DNA from: Candidatus Thorarchaeota archaeon | Lineage (GTDB): Archaea; Asgardarchaeota; Thorarchaeia; Thorarchaeales; Thorarchaeaceae | Direction of reading: 5' to 3' | Assembly (NCBI GenBank): GCA_016839445.1 | Contig: JAEOUG010000068.1 | Location: 1 to 59,422 of the forward strand | Length of the DNA stretch: 59,422 nt | Shown: positions 46,467 through 56,593 of the stretch, one piece after another | How positions within the stretch are numbered: position 1 is the stretch's first letter | Layout: each line of letters begins with the position of its first letter | Made by a program: the position numbers and the translations under genes | Notes under the pieces: generated by a model | Told to the model about the DNA's origin: nothing | Seen by the model: only the letters and a program-made list of their open reading frames with translations | Database searches by the model: none

Positions 46467-48094
46467 GCACAATGAAGCCGACAGACAGCGAAATGAAGGA
46501 TGGAGACAGTTTTGGAAGATTCGCCGGTGGATCTCTTCTAGTCACAGGAGGCATCTTCGTTTCAGCTTCTTCGCTCCTGCTACTGAATGTTGTGCTTTCA
46601 AGTGCCTTGGGAGCATACGGCATGGGTCTAGTCGCTCTCTCGACAAGATACGTTACAATAATCAGTGTAATCACTATGGCCGGAATTCCTCCAATCGTGA
46701 CTCAGATGGTTGCAGCATCAGAAACGAGTTCTCATCGAGGGAGAATCTTCTCGACGAGTATTGGCATTATCGCGGCTCTTTCTATCGTTTCGGTAGTTAT
46801 ATTGGTTCTCGCTTCTGAGGCGCTCGCGTATGCCGTGTCAACTCCAGAGATCTCTGCGCTTCTGATCATACAGAGCATAGGGATTCCCTTCACTACTGTG
46901 TCTGTCACGGTGTCCGCTCAGCTGAGAGGACTTGAGGAATTCAAGAGATACTCGATGCTACAGGCATTTGGGCCAGTTCTGAATCTGCTAGTCGTCATCA
47001 TCTTGGTGGCAGGAGGAGCCATAGACCCTGTACTTGCGGTCACTGCAGGGGCAATCGGAGCAATACTGACCGCAGTACTAGCTTTCTCAATAGGAGGTTT
47101 CGTTCAAGTTCCAAGGCCCAGTTCGGACACTGCTAGATCCATGTTGACCCTTGGACTGCCCCTCCTCATGGTTGCTCTCTCATGGTCTGTCATCGATGGG
47201 GTTGACGTCCTGATTCTTAGATACGTGGGAACGAGCGTTGGAGATGTCGGAGCATATTCGAATGCTTATGTTCTTTCCACTTATCTCAGATATCTAGTTG
47301 AGCCCCTTGCTATTGTGATTATGCCCATGGCAAGCGGATTGCTGGCTGCATCAAGAAGGAGAGACACACAGCAACTACTTAACGCGGGCACTAGATACAT
47401 TGCCGTCCTCTTCACACCTCTAGCAGTCGCCTTTGCAGTTGCAGGTCGGAGTGTCCTTCTTCTTCTCTACCCCTCGGAATTCGCTGTCGCCTCAGGCTCC
47501 TTTTCTGTCCTCGTTCTTGGAACCGTCGCACTCACATTCTACTTCCTAGTATCGCGCATTCTGATAGCTCAAGGAGCAACAGCACTTCTTTCGGCGATTG
47601 TGTGTGCTTCATGTGCTCTGGATGTGCTCCTCACATTCATTCTCTCACGTGTCATTGGTCTGTTGGGAGCAGCGATTTCAAGTTCAGTCTCCTTTTCCAT
47701 CATGGGTATTCTGGCTTATGCCGCAATGAAGAGAAGAACTGGATTATGTGTCAAACCAAGACTACAGGATGGAACGCTTTGGATCCTTGTTCTGATTGCG
47801 GACTCCGTCTCATATTGGGCGATTTCACTGCTTCCCTTGGATACATATTGGTGGGGCCCACTGCTTCAACTCGGTGCAGTTCTCGCGACGAACTTCTTGG
47901 TGCTCTTCCTTTACAGACCGTTGACACAAAGCGATTTCCAGATAGTCTGCGATATGCTGGATTCGATAGGGCTTCCATCAATCATCAAACGAGCAGCAGT
48001 CGGCACGGTATCCATGTTGACTAGGAATCAGGAGAAGGTGTATCCTGAAGCTGATATATCCGCCAACGAGACATCTCCATCAGAAACACTGTAG
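46463..48094 (+). CDS. Oligosaccharide flippase (MOP/Wzx family)
   Basis: ~14 TM; LGAYGMG, DVLILRY...VGAYSNAY, GLLGAAISS. Confidence 0.88.
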   Translation: MSTMKPTDSEMKDGDSFGRFAGGSLLVTGGIFVSASSLLLLNVVLSSALGAYGMGLVALSTRYVTIISVITMAGIPPIVTQMVAASETSSHRGRIFSTSIGIIAALSIVSVVILVLASEALAYAVSTPEISALLIIQSIGIPFTTVSVTVSAQLRGLEEFKRYSMLQAFGPVLNLLVVIILVAGGAIDPVLAVTAGAIGAILTAVLAFSIGGFVQVPRPSSDTARSMLTLGLPLLMVALSWSVIDGVDVLILRYVGTSVGDVGAYSNAYVLSTYLRYLVEPLAIVIMPMASGLLAASRRRDTQQLLNAGTRYIAVLFTPLAVAFAVAGRSVLLLLYPSEFAVASGSFSVLVLGTVALTFYFLVSRILIAQGATALLSAIVCASCALDVLLTFILSRVIGLLGAAISSSVSFSIMGILAYAAMKRRTGLCVKPRLQDGTLWILVLIADSVSYWAISLLPLDTYWWGPLLQLGAVLATNFLVLFLYRPLTQSDFQIVCDMLDSIGLPSIIKRAAVGTVSMLTRNQEKVYPEADISANETSPSETL

Positions 48095-50345
48095 CGTTCG
48101 CCGACACCAGTAATTCGGGAAACGAAACATGACTGACAAACACCCAATAGCTTGATGCCAGGTAGCTATCATTCGAGGGTAACACTACGAATCTAACACC
48201 TAGGCTCCACAGTGTCAAATAAATCAAAGTGAGATTCTCAGAAGACGCCAAGCTTGGTACCGCATAGAGCCCAGAATGATACAGATCAAGTACTCTGAAG
48301 CCGCGGTATGCAAGCATGATGTCGCCATATGCGAGAATGACTTCATCCTCATCAACAAGGTCTGCCATGGCATCAGCAAGGAGAATGTCGCCCTTGTTCC
48401 ATGACCCCGAATAGTCATAGTTGAGCATGTTCCCAGATGTAACAGAGAATGCATGCATGGCAGTGGGAATTACTAGTGTAGATGATAGAATTAGCGCGAA
48501 GAACAGAAACACCTGGGGGTTCGTAGCCCGTTTTCCAAAATCATATCTCCTTCCAACAAACAGAGACGACACCAGAAGAAGAGCTACGACCAGAGCAACA
48601 ACTGCTGTTCTTTGCACCAGTTCTGGTGTGGTCAGTAGGCCGAATGAGGTTGTATAGGGAATACCGACCATCGAAACGAATCCAATCGAGGGGAAACCAA
48701 GATCCATCCACGCCAGACTACTCGTGACCATCTGGAAGAGGGAAGTTGTAGCGAATAGCACCACTACCAGAATCGGATTCAGACTTGACCAAAGGCTGCG
48801 ACCGTCAGCCGCGAGCTCGTCAAGCGAGATGCTAAGGAGAGGGCCAAGGAAGACAGCAGTAGGAAGAAGATGGCGCCCAGACGGGTAGTAGCCCATTACG
48901 CTGAGGTAGCCAATGTACCAGATCAGCAGAACCCAGAGGAGGGACTTGACTCTAGTTCTTCTGGCTGCAGATACTAGTATTGCCAGAATGGCCAGAGAGA
49001 AGAAACCGTTCATCAGAGGATGAAAGACGAAGCCAATCAATGACAACGATGTAAAACGTTCGGCTGTCGTCACTGTCTGCGTGAACTGACTGATTACATC
49101 AGCAACTTCGGATGCCTCTGGCGAGACGGGGAACAGCCGCAGGAAGGGGATTCCGAACATCGCCGCTCCTTGAAGGAGTGTTCGTACTCCCCAGACCAAA
49201 GAGGCTGACGCGCCGACTATGAGTGATACGAGGATGCTTGTGAGAGATCTCCAATCCCGTGGAGTTTCATCTGAATCACCTGAGCGGGCCCAAGCTGTTG
49301 CCGCAGCTAGTATTCCAAGAACGATGAGAGCCATCACACTGCTGCCAAAGGACCACATCACATTTCCTGCAGCAATCATGACAAGAGCAAAAGCAAGTGT
49401 CAATGCCCCTCGAACAGCATACCCACCTTTGGGTCGATCCAAGAAGTAGAGAAGCTGAATCACAATTACAAACGCAGCAAGCAGGCCAATATGGTACTTC
49501 GACAAGATGCTCATGGCCACTGAGAGACCCGCCAGAAATGCGTGCTTTGACGATCGGTCCCAGATTGCCTTTCTCATTACTAGGCTTGCTAGGCAAGCAA
49601 ACAAGACCGCCATTGCATCTGCATAGAAAGAGTAGATTGTCACCATATAGTCGAGAATCGGCATGAAACAAGAAATCACCATTGTGATCTGTGCGGCTCT
49701 GTCGCTCCCACTCCACGTCTTGGTTATCTCATAGGACAGCACAGGAAGTGCTAGGAAGAACAGCACGGAAATCCCGCGGAACACCTCAAGATCAGCAGTA
49801 CCGGCGAAGAAGAAGCCCCAAGAATACAGAGAGGAACTCAGAGGTTCTGCGGAGTAGTTCCACAGGTGATACGGATCGAAGACGGGAATGTTGTTGAGGT
49901 TGAAGAACACCTTCCCCATGGATATCCAGAAGTAGAGCGCGTCTCCTGACACAATCGGACCCAAGAGACATGTGAATATCGCCTTGCAGCTATAGAAGAA
50001 GAAGCTGAGTGAGGAGAAGACGGCAAGGAAGCCTCTCCGCGGCCTGACGGCAGTCAACAGGACACCAAAGTGCTTCAGCGAGTCGATGGCCCGTTTCCAG
50101 GACGTCAGCAGAAGAAGCAGAACTGCTATCGCATGAGCCCCAACAAACAGACTCAGTAGACTCGTGGTCACTCCGACCAAGATGTACGGCACCGAGAAAG
50201 CGGCGGTGCCGAGCAGAAGAGAGACCAAGAAACTCAGTCCGTCACCTTCGATTTCGTGAAAGAACTTGTTCTTAAGCCACCAGCCTGAGATCAAGAGGAG
50301 CGCTGGAGGCAGTAACGAAATCACGATCTCTGCGGGTTCTATCAT
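48021..50345 (-). CDS. Multi-pass membrane glycosyltransferase-like protein (GT-C/PMT-like)
   Basis: GDALYFW loop, YADAM, SILSKY, GRHLLP; many TM helices and a C-terminal soluble domain. Confidence 0.65.
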   Translation of the reverse strand: MIEPAEIVISLLPPALLLISGWWLKNKFFHEIEGDGLSFLVSLLLGTAAFSVPYILVGVTTSLLSLFVGAHAIAVLLLLLTSWKRAIDSLKHFGVLLTAVRPRRGFLAVFSSLSFFFYSCKAIFTCLLGPIVSGDALYFWISMGKVFFNLNNIPVFDPYHLWNYSAEPLSSSLYSWGFFFAGTADLEVFRGISVLFFLALPVLSYEITKTWSGSDRAAQITMVISCFMPILDYMVTIYSFYADAMAVLFACLASLVMRKAIWDRSSKHAFLAGLSVAMSILSKYHIGLLAAFVIVIQLLYFLDRPKGGYAVRGALTLAFALVMIAAGNVMWSFGSSVMALIVLGILAAATAWARSGDSDETPRDWRSLTSILVSLIVGASASLVWGVRTLLQGAAMFGIPFLRLFPVSPEASEVADVISQFTQTVTTAERFTSLSLIGFVFHPLMNGFFSLAILAILVSAARRTRVKSLLWVLLIWYIGYLSVMGYYPSGRHLLPTAVFLGPLLSISLDELAADGRSLWSSLNPILVVVLFATTSLFQMVTSSLAWMDLGFPSIGFVSMVGIPYTTSFGLLTTPELVQRTAVVALVVALLLVSSLFVGRRYDFGKRATNPQVFLFFALILSSTLVIPTAMHAFSVTSGNMLNYDYSGSWNKGDILLADAMADLVDEDEVILAYGDIMLAYRGFRVLDLYHSGLYAVPSLASSENLTLIYLTLWSLGVRFVVLPSNDSYLASSYWVFVSHVSFPELLVSANATVFLMEMSRWRIYQLQDTPSPDS

Positions 50346-50432
50346 CGTGGTCTGCTCTTGAGCTTGAGCCTTGGCGCGGCATATATAGTATTCTCACACG
50401 ATGACTATAGCAGTGCGTTGGCGAACTTCCCG

Positions 50433-51632
50433 CTAGAACTGATGCTCGAGGATATGCTTGTAGATGTCCGCCAGATTCTCGCAGATGCGTATCCAGGAGT
50501 AGTCTTGGGCGCGTCTGCGGCATGCCTTCGCCATTGCAAGCGCCTCTTGTGGAGACCCTGAAAGGCGTAGAATGGAGTCAGCAAGGCTCTGAGGATCCAT
50601 TCGCTCTAGGAGGAGTGCCTCCTTTTCGTGTCGAGCAACGTTCGGTATGTCGCCAATCCGTGATGATATGATAGGGACTCCAGCCGTGAGGTAGGAGGGA
50701 ATCTTGACGGGAGAGCTGATCTCGAATCTACTCCTACTCAATGGCAATCTTGGAGCAAGAAGTACATCAGCGATGGACTGGAGGGCAAATGTATCCTCAT
50801 AGTCCACCCATCCCAAGAAGACGACGTTTTCACTAAGACCCAGACGTTTCACCAGAGCTCTTAGAGCGGCTTCTTCGCTACCACGGCCTGCTATCAGAAG
50901 CTTGAATCTTGGATTGCTGGATTTCACCAGATGAGCCGCCCTAATGGCGATGTCAACTCCTTCGTACCATTCCAGTCCACCAACATAGACTGCCAGAAAC
51001 TCATTGCCCTCTCTCAAGTGCTCGTATCGAGGTTTCCTCGACTTGATTGCCATGTCAGCAAGAGCAATGTTGACTCCGTTTGGCACAACATGGATGAATT
51101 CAGGCGACACTCTGAAGTGATGAAGGATATACTGCCTCATAGCCTCTGAAACAACAAGACATGTGCTCTTCCTGCACAGGGACTCCTGCCCCTCTCGGAG
51201 AAGGGAGGTTATCGGTGTTACAAGGAGTCTGGGCAAGTAGGGGGCAAGGTCCATTGCAGCGAGAGAGTGCATATCAAAGACGACCTCTCTCTTTTCGGAG
51301 ATGCGTCGCAACTTGGACAGCGGCAAAGCATATGCGCTCTCGACTTGAACAATATCGAAAGACGATTCCAAAACGGCGGGCGGAATCATGTACTGGCTCA
51401 TCAGCGAGAGAAACACATAGTTGAGAGAGGCGCTTCCAAGATGCGGAGCAGTGTATGATGCATATGGCTCGAGCCGGGCTGTCAGTTCGGGGCCGCCGCC
51501 TCGCGGTATGAATGGAACAACGTCTTGTCCAAGTGAGCGCAAACCCGATGCAATCTCGATGACTCGGACTGTGTCACCTGCCAGTCGATGCACGTTCAAT
51601 GGTGCGTAGAGCCCGACACGTATCCCAGTCAT
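50433..51632 (-). CDS. GT4 glycosyltransferase
   Basis: VVPNGV, YVGGLEWYEGV, SPVKIPSYLTAGVPII. Confidence 0.9.
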   Translation of the reverse strand: MTGIRVGLYAPLNVHRLAGDTVRVIEIASGLRSLGQDVVPFIPRGGGPELTARLEPYASYTAPHLGSASLNYVFLSLMSQYMIPPAVLESSFDIVQVESAYALPLSKLRRISEKREVVFDMHSLAAMDLAPYLPRLLVTPITSLLREGQESLCRKSTCLVVSEAMRQYILHHFRVSPEFIHVVPNGVNIALADMAIKSRKPRYEHLREGNEFLAVYVGGLEWYEGVDIAIRAAHLVKSSNPRFKLLIAGRGSEEAALRALVKRLGLSENVVFLGWVDYEDTFALQSIADVLLAPRLPLSRSRFEISSPVKIPSYLTAGVPIISSRIGDIPNVARHEKEALLLERMDPQSLADSILRLSGSPQEALAMAKACRRRAQDYSWIRICENLADIYKHILEHQF

Positions 51633-51802
51633 ACTGACTCAGCGTCAAAGGGGCATAGAGGAGCTGTATTAAAGGTGTGGCCGAAACCAGGCTAGGGCCA
51701 ACCGAGAGTGATCTTTTCTTGTTACTGAAGGACACGACCTCAGTGACTGCCAACAAAGATTGAAATAGAGTCTGTTGTTGCGCAACACGTTGTGGAATTG
51801 AC

Positions 51803-52738
51803 ATGCGAGTTCTCGTTACTGGCGCAGCCGGATATGTCGGGTCAATCCTAGTCCCCCATCTGCTAGGAAAGGACCATGAAGTAATAGCTCTCGACAACAT
51901 GATGTACGGAACGCCGACGTTGGTCCAGCACTTCATGGACGATAGGTTTGAGTTCGTGAAAGGTGATGTCAGGAACGCGGAGCTTGTTCAGAATTCTGTC
52001 AGGAACGCCGACGCTGTCGTGCACCTTGCATCCCTCGTTGGTTATCCCATCTGTGATCGATATCCGGCGATGGCAGAATCTGTGAACGTTGGTGGAACCA
52101 AGAATGTCATTAGTTCCATGAAGGATGAGCAGATACTGATACATGCATCCACAGGGAGCATGTACGGCAGCCCGGGTTCAGAGTGCACTGAGGAAACACC
52201 ACTGAAGCCTCTTACTCTGTACGGAAGAACAAAGGCTGACGCCGAGGGTATTGCCAGAGAGTACAATCGCAGCATCGTCCTTAGGTTCGCAACAGGCTAT
52301 GGTCTCTCTCCACGCATCCGCCTCGACTTGCTAGTCAACAACCTCGTCTACGAGGCAATCCGCAATGGAGTCCTGCTAATCTATGAGAAGGACTTCACTA
52401 GGACTTTCATTCATGTGAGGGACATGGTGAGATCAATTGAGTTCGCCTTGTCGAATTCAGACGCGATGATTGGCGAAGTCTTCAATGTAGGTTCCTCCGA
52501 GTGCACCCTGACGAAAGAAGAGCTCGCAAAGATGATACAGAAGCAAACGAACTGCCGTTTGGTGTTTGCAGACGTTGGACAGGACCGAGACAAGAGAGAC
52601 TACTCCGTTTCCCACGACAAGATTGAGAGACTGGGGTATAGAGCAAACATACGGATGGAACGAGGTGTTCGAGAACTTGCCGACGGGTTCTCGTCCTTTC
52701 GGATACAGACGGGCTACTCAAATCAGATGGAATACTAG
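51803..52738 (+). CDS. NAD-dependent sugar epimerase/reductase (extended SDR)
   Basis: VTGAAGYVGS, HLASLVGYP.C, YGRTK, RLDLLVN, DKRDY. Confidence 0.9.
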   Translation: MRVLVTGAAGYVGSILVPHLLGKDHEVIALDNMMYGTPTLVQHFMDDRFEFVKGDVRNAELVQNSVRNADAVVHLASLVGYPICDRYPAMAESVNVGGTKNVISSMKDEQILIHASTGSMYGSPGSECTEETPLKPLTLYGRTKADAEGIAREYNRSIVLRFATGYGLSPRIRLDLLVNNLVYEAIRNGVLLIYEKDFTRTFIHVRDMVRSIEFALSNSDAMIGEVFNVGSSECTLTKEELAKMIQKQTNCRLVFADVGQDRDKRDYSVSHDKIERLGYRANIRMERGVRELADGFSSFRIQTGYSNQMEY

Positions 52739-52760
52739 CTGGCCGGGGGCTCGCCAGAAG

Positions 52761-54035
52761 TCAGGCGAAGAATGTGCTGAGACAGGCCGCAAAATGATCA
52801 CGCTCTCTATGAGTGATTGCTTGATGGTTCCCTATGAAGAAACCTGATTGCTGTAGGCGGTCTGCAGTCGTGAGATTCCCAGACACACGGTGTGGAAGAA
52901 ACCTCATGGCAGGCTGGTTGGCCATGTTTCCGGCCAGAATTGGCCTAGTAGCAATCCGCTTCTTTTCAAGTTCTGTGACAAGGTCATCACGTGTCTGGCG
53001 TGTTCCGTTGACGACGATTGGAAACCCGAACCAAACATGTTTCCCATACTCCTGTTCATCCTGGAAGATGATTCTTTCCTTGAGTGGAGCCAATTCTCTC
53101 AGCCAGTATTCCGCGTTTTCTCTGCGAGCTTCCACAAAAGAATCAAGCTTCTTCAGCTGGTGAATGCCGAAAGCTCCCTGAATCTCGGTGGGACGTAGAT
53201 TGAATCCGCGGCTGTAGAAAAGAAATCGACTGTCAAGACCGGGATACTGCTCGGCAATGCTCTTGCGTTTCTCCATGTCGCGTATCCATCCGTGTGCACG
53301 CATACACCTCGCCAATTCTGCGAACTCACCAGAGTTCGTTACTACCATTCCGCCTTCGATTGTCGAGATGTGGTGGGAGAAGAAGAAGCTGAAGGTGCCA
53401 ATATCACCCCAGACTCCTACCTTTCGCCCCTTGTATTCGGCGCCGTGCGCTTCACAGCAGTCTTCGATGAGGTACAAGCCGTGTTCGTCTGCTATCTCAC
53501 GAAGGGCATCCAGCTTGCATGGGTTACCCAAGAGATGGAGTGCCATTATGGCTCGTGTCTTGCCTGTGATGGCACTCTCCAAGCAGGCCAAATCCAGGTT
53601 GAATGTATGTGGGTCCGAGTCAACCAAGACTGGTACAGCACCTATGTCGACTATTGGAAAGACACTCGTAGACCATGATGCGGCAGGAACAATCACCTCA
53701 TCTCCGGGCGCGACACGGTCTTCTGCCAAGTGATTGCCGATGATGTGCATCGCCAGGAGATTGGCGGAAGAGCCAGAATTGACCATGATAGCGTGTTTCG
53801 CCCCGAGATACCCGGCGAACTCGCTCTCGAACCGCTTGACTTTCTTCCCCATGGTAAGGTAGGTACTGAGGAGCGAATCTATCGACTCCAGGACCTCATC
53901 GGGTCCGAAACTAGGTCTTATGAGTGGAAGAGAAACATCAGTTTCCTTGGAGCGAAGAGACTCCTCGAGAACAGCTATCAGATCCGCAATTGTCTCATCA
54001 CGAAGCTTGTCAATCAGATTCGATTCCTTGGTCAT
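52761..54035 (-). CDS. DegT/DnrJ-family PLP enzyme, ColD-like NDP-4-keto-6-deoxyhexose 3-dehydratase
   Basis: VNSGSSANL, HLLGNP, EDCCEAHG, SFFFSHHISTIEGG (His in place of the PLP Lys), RAHGW, GFNLRPTE. Start 54035 or 54092. Confidence 0.85.
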   Translation of the reverse strand: MTKESNLIDKLRDETIADLIAVLEESLRSKETDVSLPLIRPSFGPDEVLESIDSLLSTYLTMGKKVKRFESEFAGYLGAKHAIMVNSGSSANLLAMHIIGNHLAEDRVAPGDEVIVPAASWSTSVFPIVDIGAVPVLVDSDPHTFNLDLACLESAITGKTRAIMALHLLGNPCKLDALREIADEHGLYLIEDCCEAHGAEYKGRKVGVWGDIGTFSFFFSHHISTIEGGMVVTNSGEFAELARCMRAHGWIRDMEKRKSIAEQYPGLDSRFLFYSRGFNLRPTEIQGAFGIHQLKKLDSFVEARRENAEYWLRELAPLKERIIFQDEQEYGKHVWFGFPIVVNGTRQTRDDLVTELEKKRIATRPILAGNMANQPAMRFLPHRVSGNLTTADRLQQSGFFIGNHQAITHRERDHFAACLSTFFA

Positions 54036-54182
54036 TGCTGTGAACCTCTTCCACAACTCGGAGCAGCGCGCTTCGAGCCTGAGGCCACTCATGTCCCAAG
54101 ATAAGTGTTTACGGAATCTGAATCTGCAGGAAACTGAGTGCGAATCTCCGAGGATAGGATGGCCGAGACTGGTGCGCGACGG

Positions 54183-54189
54183 TTATAAG
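54183..54189 (+). promoter_or_regulatory. Candidate TATA box TTATAAG (leaderless transcript)
   Basis: Located ~23 nt upstream of ATG 54212. Confidence 0.45.
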
Positions 54190-54211
54190 ACGCAGCGGGA
54201 GCCCTATTCAC

Positions 54212-55384
54212 ATGGCTCCGGAAACCTTGACGATTGTGTCCTACGTTGAGGTTCCATCCCACCATGGACTCTCCAATAGAGTGCTGGGTATTGCGAGATC
54301 AATGACTGCGAGGGGAATCGCGTGCAGGATAATCTGTCCTGATACGCAAGGGCTGCCATCTAGGGATGATATCGACTCGATAGTTGTCCGGAGAATCAGG
54401 ATCAGAGGCCGGGAGAGAGTCCAGGATAGTAGTCTGCCGATAAGAATCCTCAAGATAGTTGCCTTCATGTTCCAGTCATTCGTGCTTGTAAGACATCTAA
54501 CTCCGAAGAGAAGCGACATGATTATGGTAGAACAGGTCGCAGGGCTGCCGCTCATTTTGATGTTGAAGCTGTTTCACAGAAGGAGAACCATAGTAGATGA
54601 TATGACGCTTCTACATGTCGATTACAGCTTCGCTCCGAAGGCTCTTCTCAGACTCATTGATCTGATGTGCATAGGCCTGTCTGACGTAGTAGTCACTACT
54701 ACTGACAAGACGGTCAACTTCGTAGGTAGGTCGCTGCCCTCCAAGAGATGCGTAAAGGTCGAGAATGGAGTTAATACACCTACTGCTCCAGCACCTAGAA
54801 TCAACACCGAGAAGAGAGGGCAACCATTGAGGATGGTCTTTGTGGGTGGCTTGAGCTTCCACCAGAACCGGCAGGCAATCAGACATATCCTCACAATAGT
54901 AGATATCCTTTCAGAGTGGACATCTGATTTCCAAGTCAGGATTGTGGGAGGACCAATCTCGATGGCAGATGAATACCTAAGCCATCCAGCTGTCAAGGAG
55001 GGATTGGTGGAATTCACTGGTTTCCTATCGGACGAGCGCCTTGAGGAGGAATTCTCTGAGGCCTTGATTGGCCTACTACCTTTCTTTCGGGATTCCCAGC
55101 TAATGGCTGGTCAGCGGACGAAAGCTCTGGAATACTTCGCGAGAAGGCTTCTTGTGTTGTCGGGCCCGGAAGGGATTGGAGAGATCCAAGGACTATCTCC
55201 CGGGGAGGGGTACATAGAGGCACAAGATGCCAGCACATTTGCCGCGCATTTGAGTGAGATTGCCAAGAATCCAACTCAGTATGAACCCATTCGTAACCAC
55301 GGATTCGAAGTCATCCAAGAGAAGTACTCATGGGAGGCTACAACGCGCGTTCTTCACCAAGCCATTAGGAAGACTAGCCACTAG
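54212..55384 (+). CDS. GT4-like glycosyltransferase
   Basis: VENGV, FVGGLSFHQN, RTKALEYFA. Confidence 0.85.
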   Translation: MAPETLTIVSYVEVPSHHGLSNRVLGIARSMTARGIACRIICPDTQGLPSRDDIDSIVVRRIRIRGRERVQDSSLPIRILKIVAFMFQSFVLVRHLTPKRSDMIMVEQVAGLPLILMLKLFHRRRTIVDDMTLLHVDYSFAPKALLRLIDLMCIGLSDVVVTTTDKTVNFVGRSLPSKRCVKVENGVNTPTAPAPRINTEKRGQPLRMVFVGGLSFHQNRQAIRHILTIVDILSEWTSDFQVRIVGGPISMADEYLSHPAVKEGLVEFTGFLSDERLEEEFSEALIGLLPFFRDSQLMAGQRTKALEYFARRLLVLSGPEGIGEIQGLSPGEGYIEAQDASTFAAHLSEIAKNPTQYEPIRNHGFEVIQEKYSWEATTRVLHQAIRKTSH

Positions 55385-56502
55385 AGTTTCAATCCTCTGT
55401 ATACTTCGTCGTACCTCTGAGCGATTCTCTGCCACCCGTACTCCGCCTCTATCTTCTTCCGAGCGTTTGCTCCTAGCTTTCTGCGGAGATCGTCGTCAAG
55501 CAGAAGCTCTGCGGTGCGTCGGGCCAAGGACTCGTAATCCCCAATCTCCACCAGGAATCCGTCGACGCCGTCATCAATAATCTCGGATGCCGCAGGAAAG
55601 GCATATGCGACAGCTGGAGTCCCACAAGACATTGTCTCGAGCAAGGCATAGGGCATACCTTCTCGATAGGAGGGCATCAAGTATACTTGACCTTGGGAGA
55701 GCCAACTCGGGATTGTGGCCCAATCCTGCTTCCCTTTGAATGAGAACCTCGACTCCAAGCCGCTTGAGGAGACCATTTCCACTGCGTGTGATTCCTGTGG
55801 TCCCCAGCCAGAGAGCTCGAATCTGGCAGAGGGAACCAATCTTGAGATGAGCCTGGCCGAGCGTACCAGATCGGGAATTCCCTTCTGAGGAATAAAGCGG
55901 CCGTGCCATACAACGGTCTTTGAGGCGCTTTCTGGTCCAGGCCTGAAGAAGTCCTCGTTGACTCCATTTGGAATGACAGTGAGCTTTTCTCTAGACATAC
56001 CCATTGATACTAGCTCACTTCTGTCGGATTCTGTCAGACATATGATGTGATCAAGTCTTCTGAACAGAGACCTGGTGAGAAACCAAACATAGGTTCGTTG
56101 GGCAAGATTCGTGATGACGTCGTAGTAGCCAATCACACCGTGAACCGTAAGCACAACCCCCTTCCCATGGCTTCGTGCCTGTCGTGCCAGCGAATGGGCC
56201 TGGAGATTCAGATGGCTGTTTAGATGAAGAACATCAAAATCCAGCTTCCCCATGAATCCAGAGGGGTCATGGAGAATGGGATACTTCTGTACTCCGGGGA
56301 TTATCCGTAGATTCATCCCAGGAATCAGAAAGATACGAAGGTTCTTTCGTGGATGATTCGCGTCAATGACTCGAAACTCCGAGGACTCCTCATTCCATCC
56401 GAAGAGAGAAACTTGATCATACAAGTCGGCCTGATAGTGCGTCAGCTCTCGACTCAGTTGCCGGTCAATATAGATGACTGGGAAGTAGTGAAGAAGCTTC
56501 AT
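55381..56502 (-). CDS. GT4 glycosyltransferase
   Basis: LTVHG, IPNGV, GRFIPQKG, EGMPYALLETMSCG. Confidence 0.9.
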   Translation of the reverse strand: MKLLHYFPVIYIDRQLSRELTHYQADLYDQVSLFGWNEESSEFRVIDANHPRKNLRIFLIPGMNLRIIPGVQKYPILHDPSGFMGKLDFDVLHLNSHLNLQAHSLARQARSHGKGVVLTVHGVIGYYDVITNLAQRTYVWFLTRSLFRRLDHIICLTESDRSELVSMGMSREKLTVIPNGVNEDFFRPGPESASKTVVWHGRFIPQKGIPDLVRSARLISRLVPSARFELSGWGPQESHAVEMVSSSGLESRFSFKGKQDWATIPSWLSQGQVYLMPSYREGMPYALLETMSCGTPAVAYAFPAASEIIDDGVDGFLVEIGDYESLARRTAELLLDDDLRRKLGANARKKIEAEYGWQRIAQRYDEVYRGLKL

Positions 56503-56593
56503 GGCAGATCGAATACCTTCAGGAGTATAGCTCTGCGTTCAGCAAATCATGGTGATATCTTCTTAGGTATGCTGTGTTGCCGGCTCAATCTGT

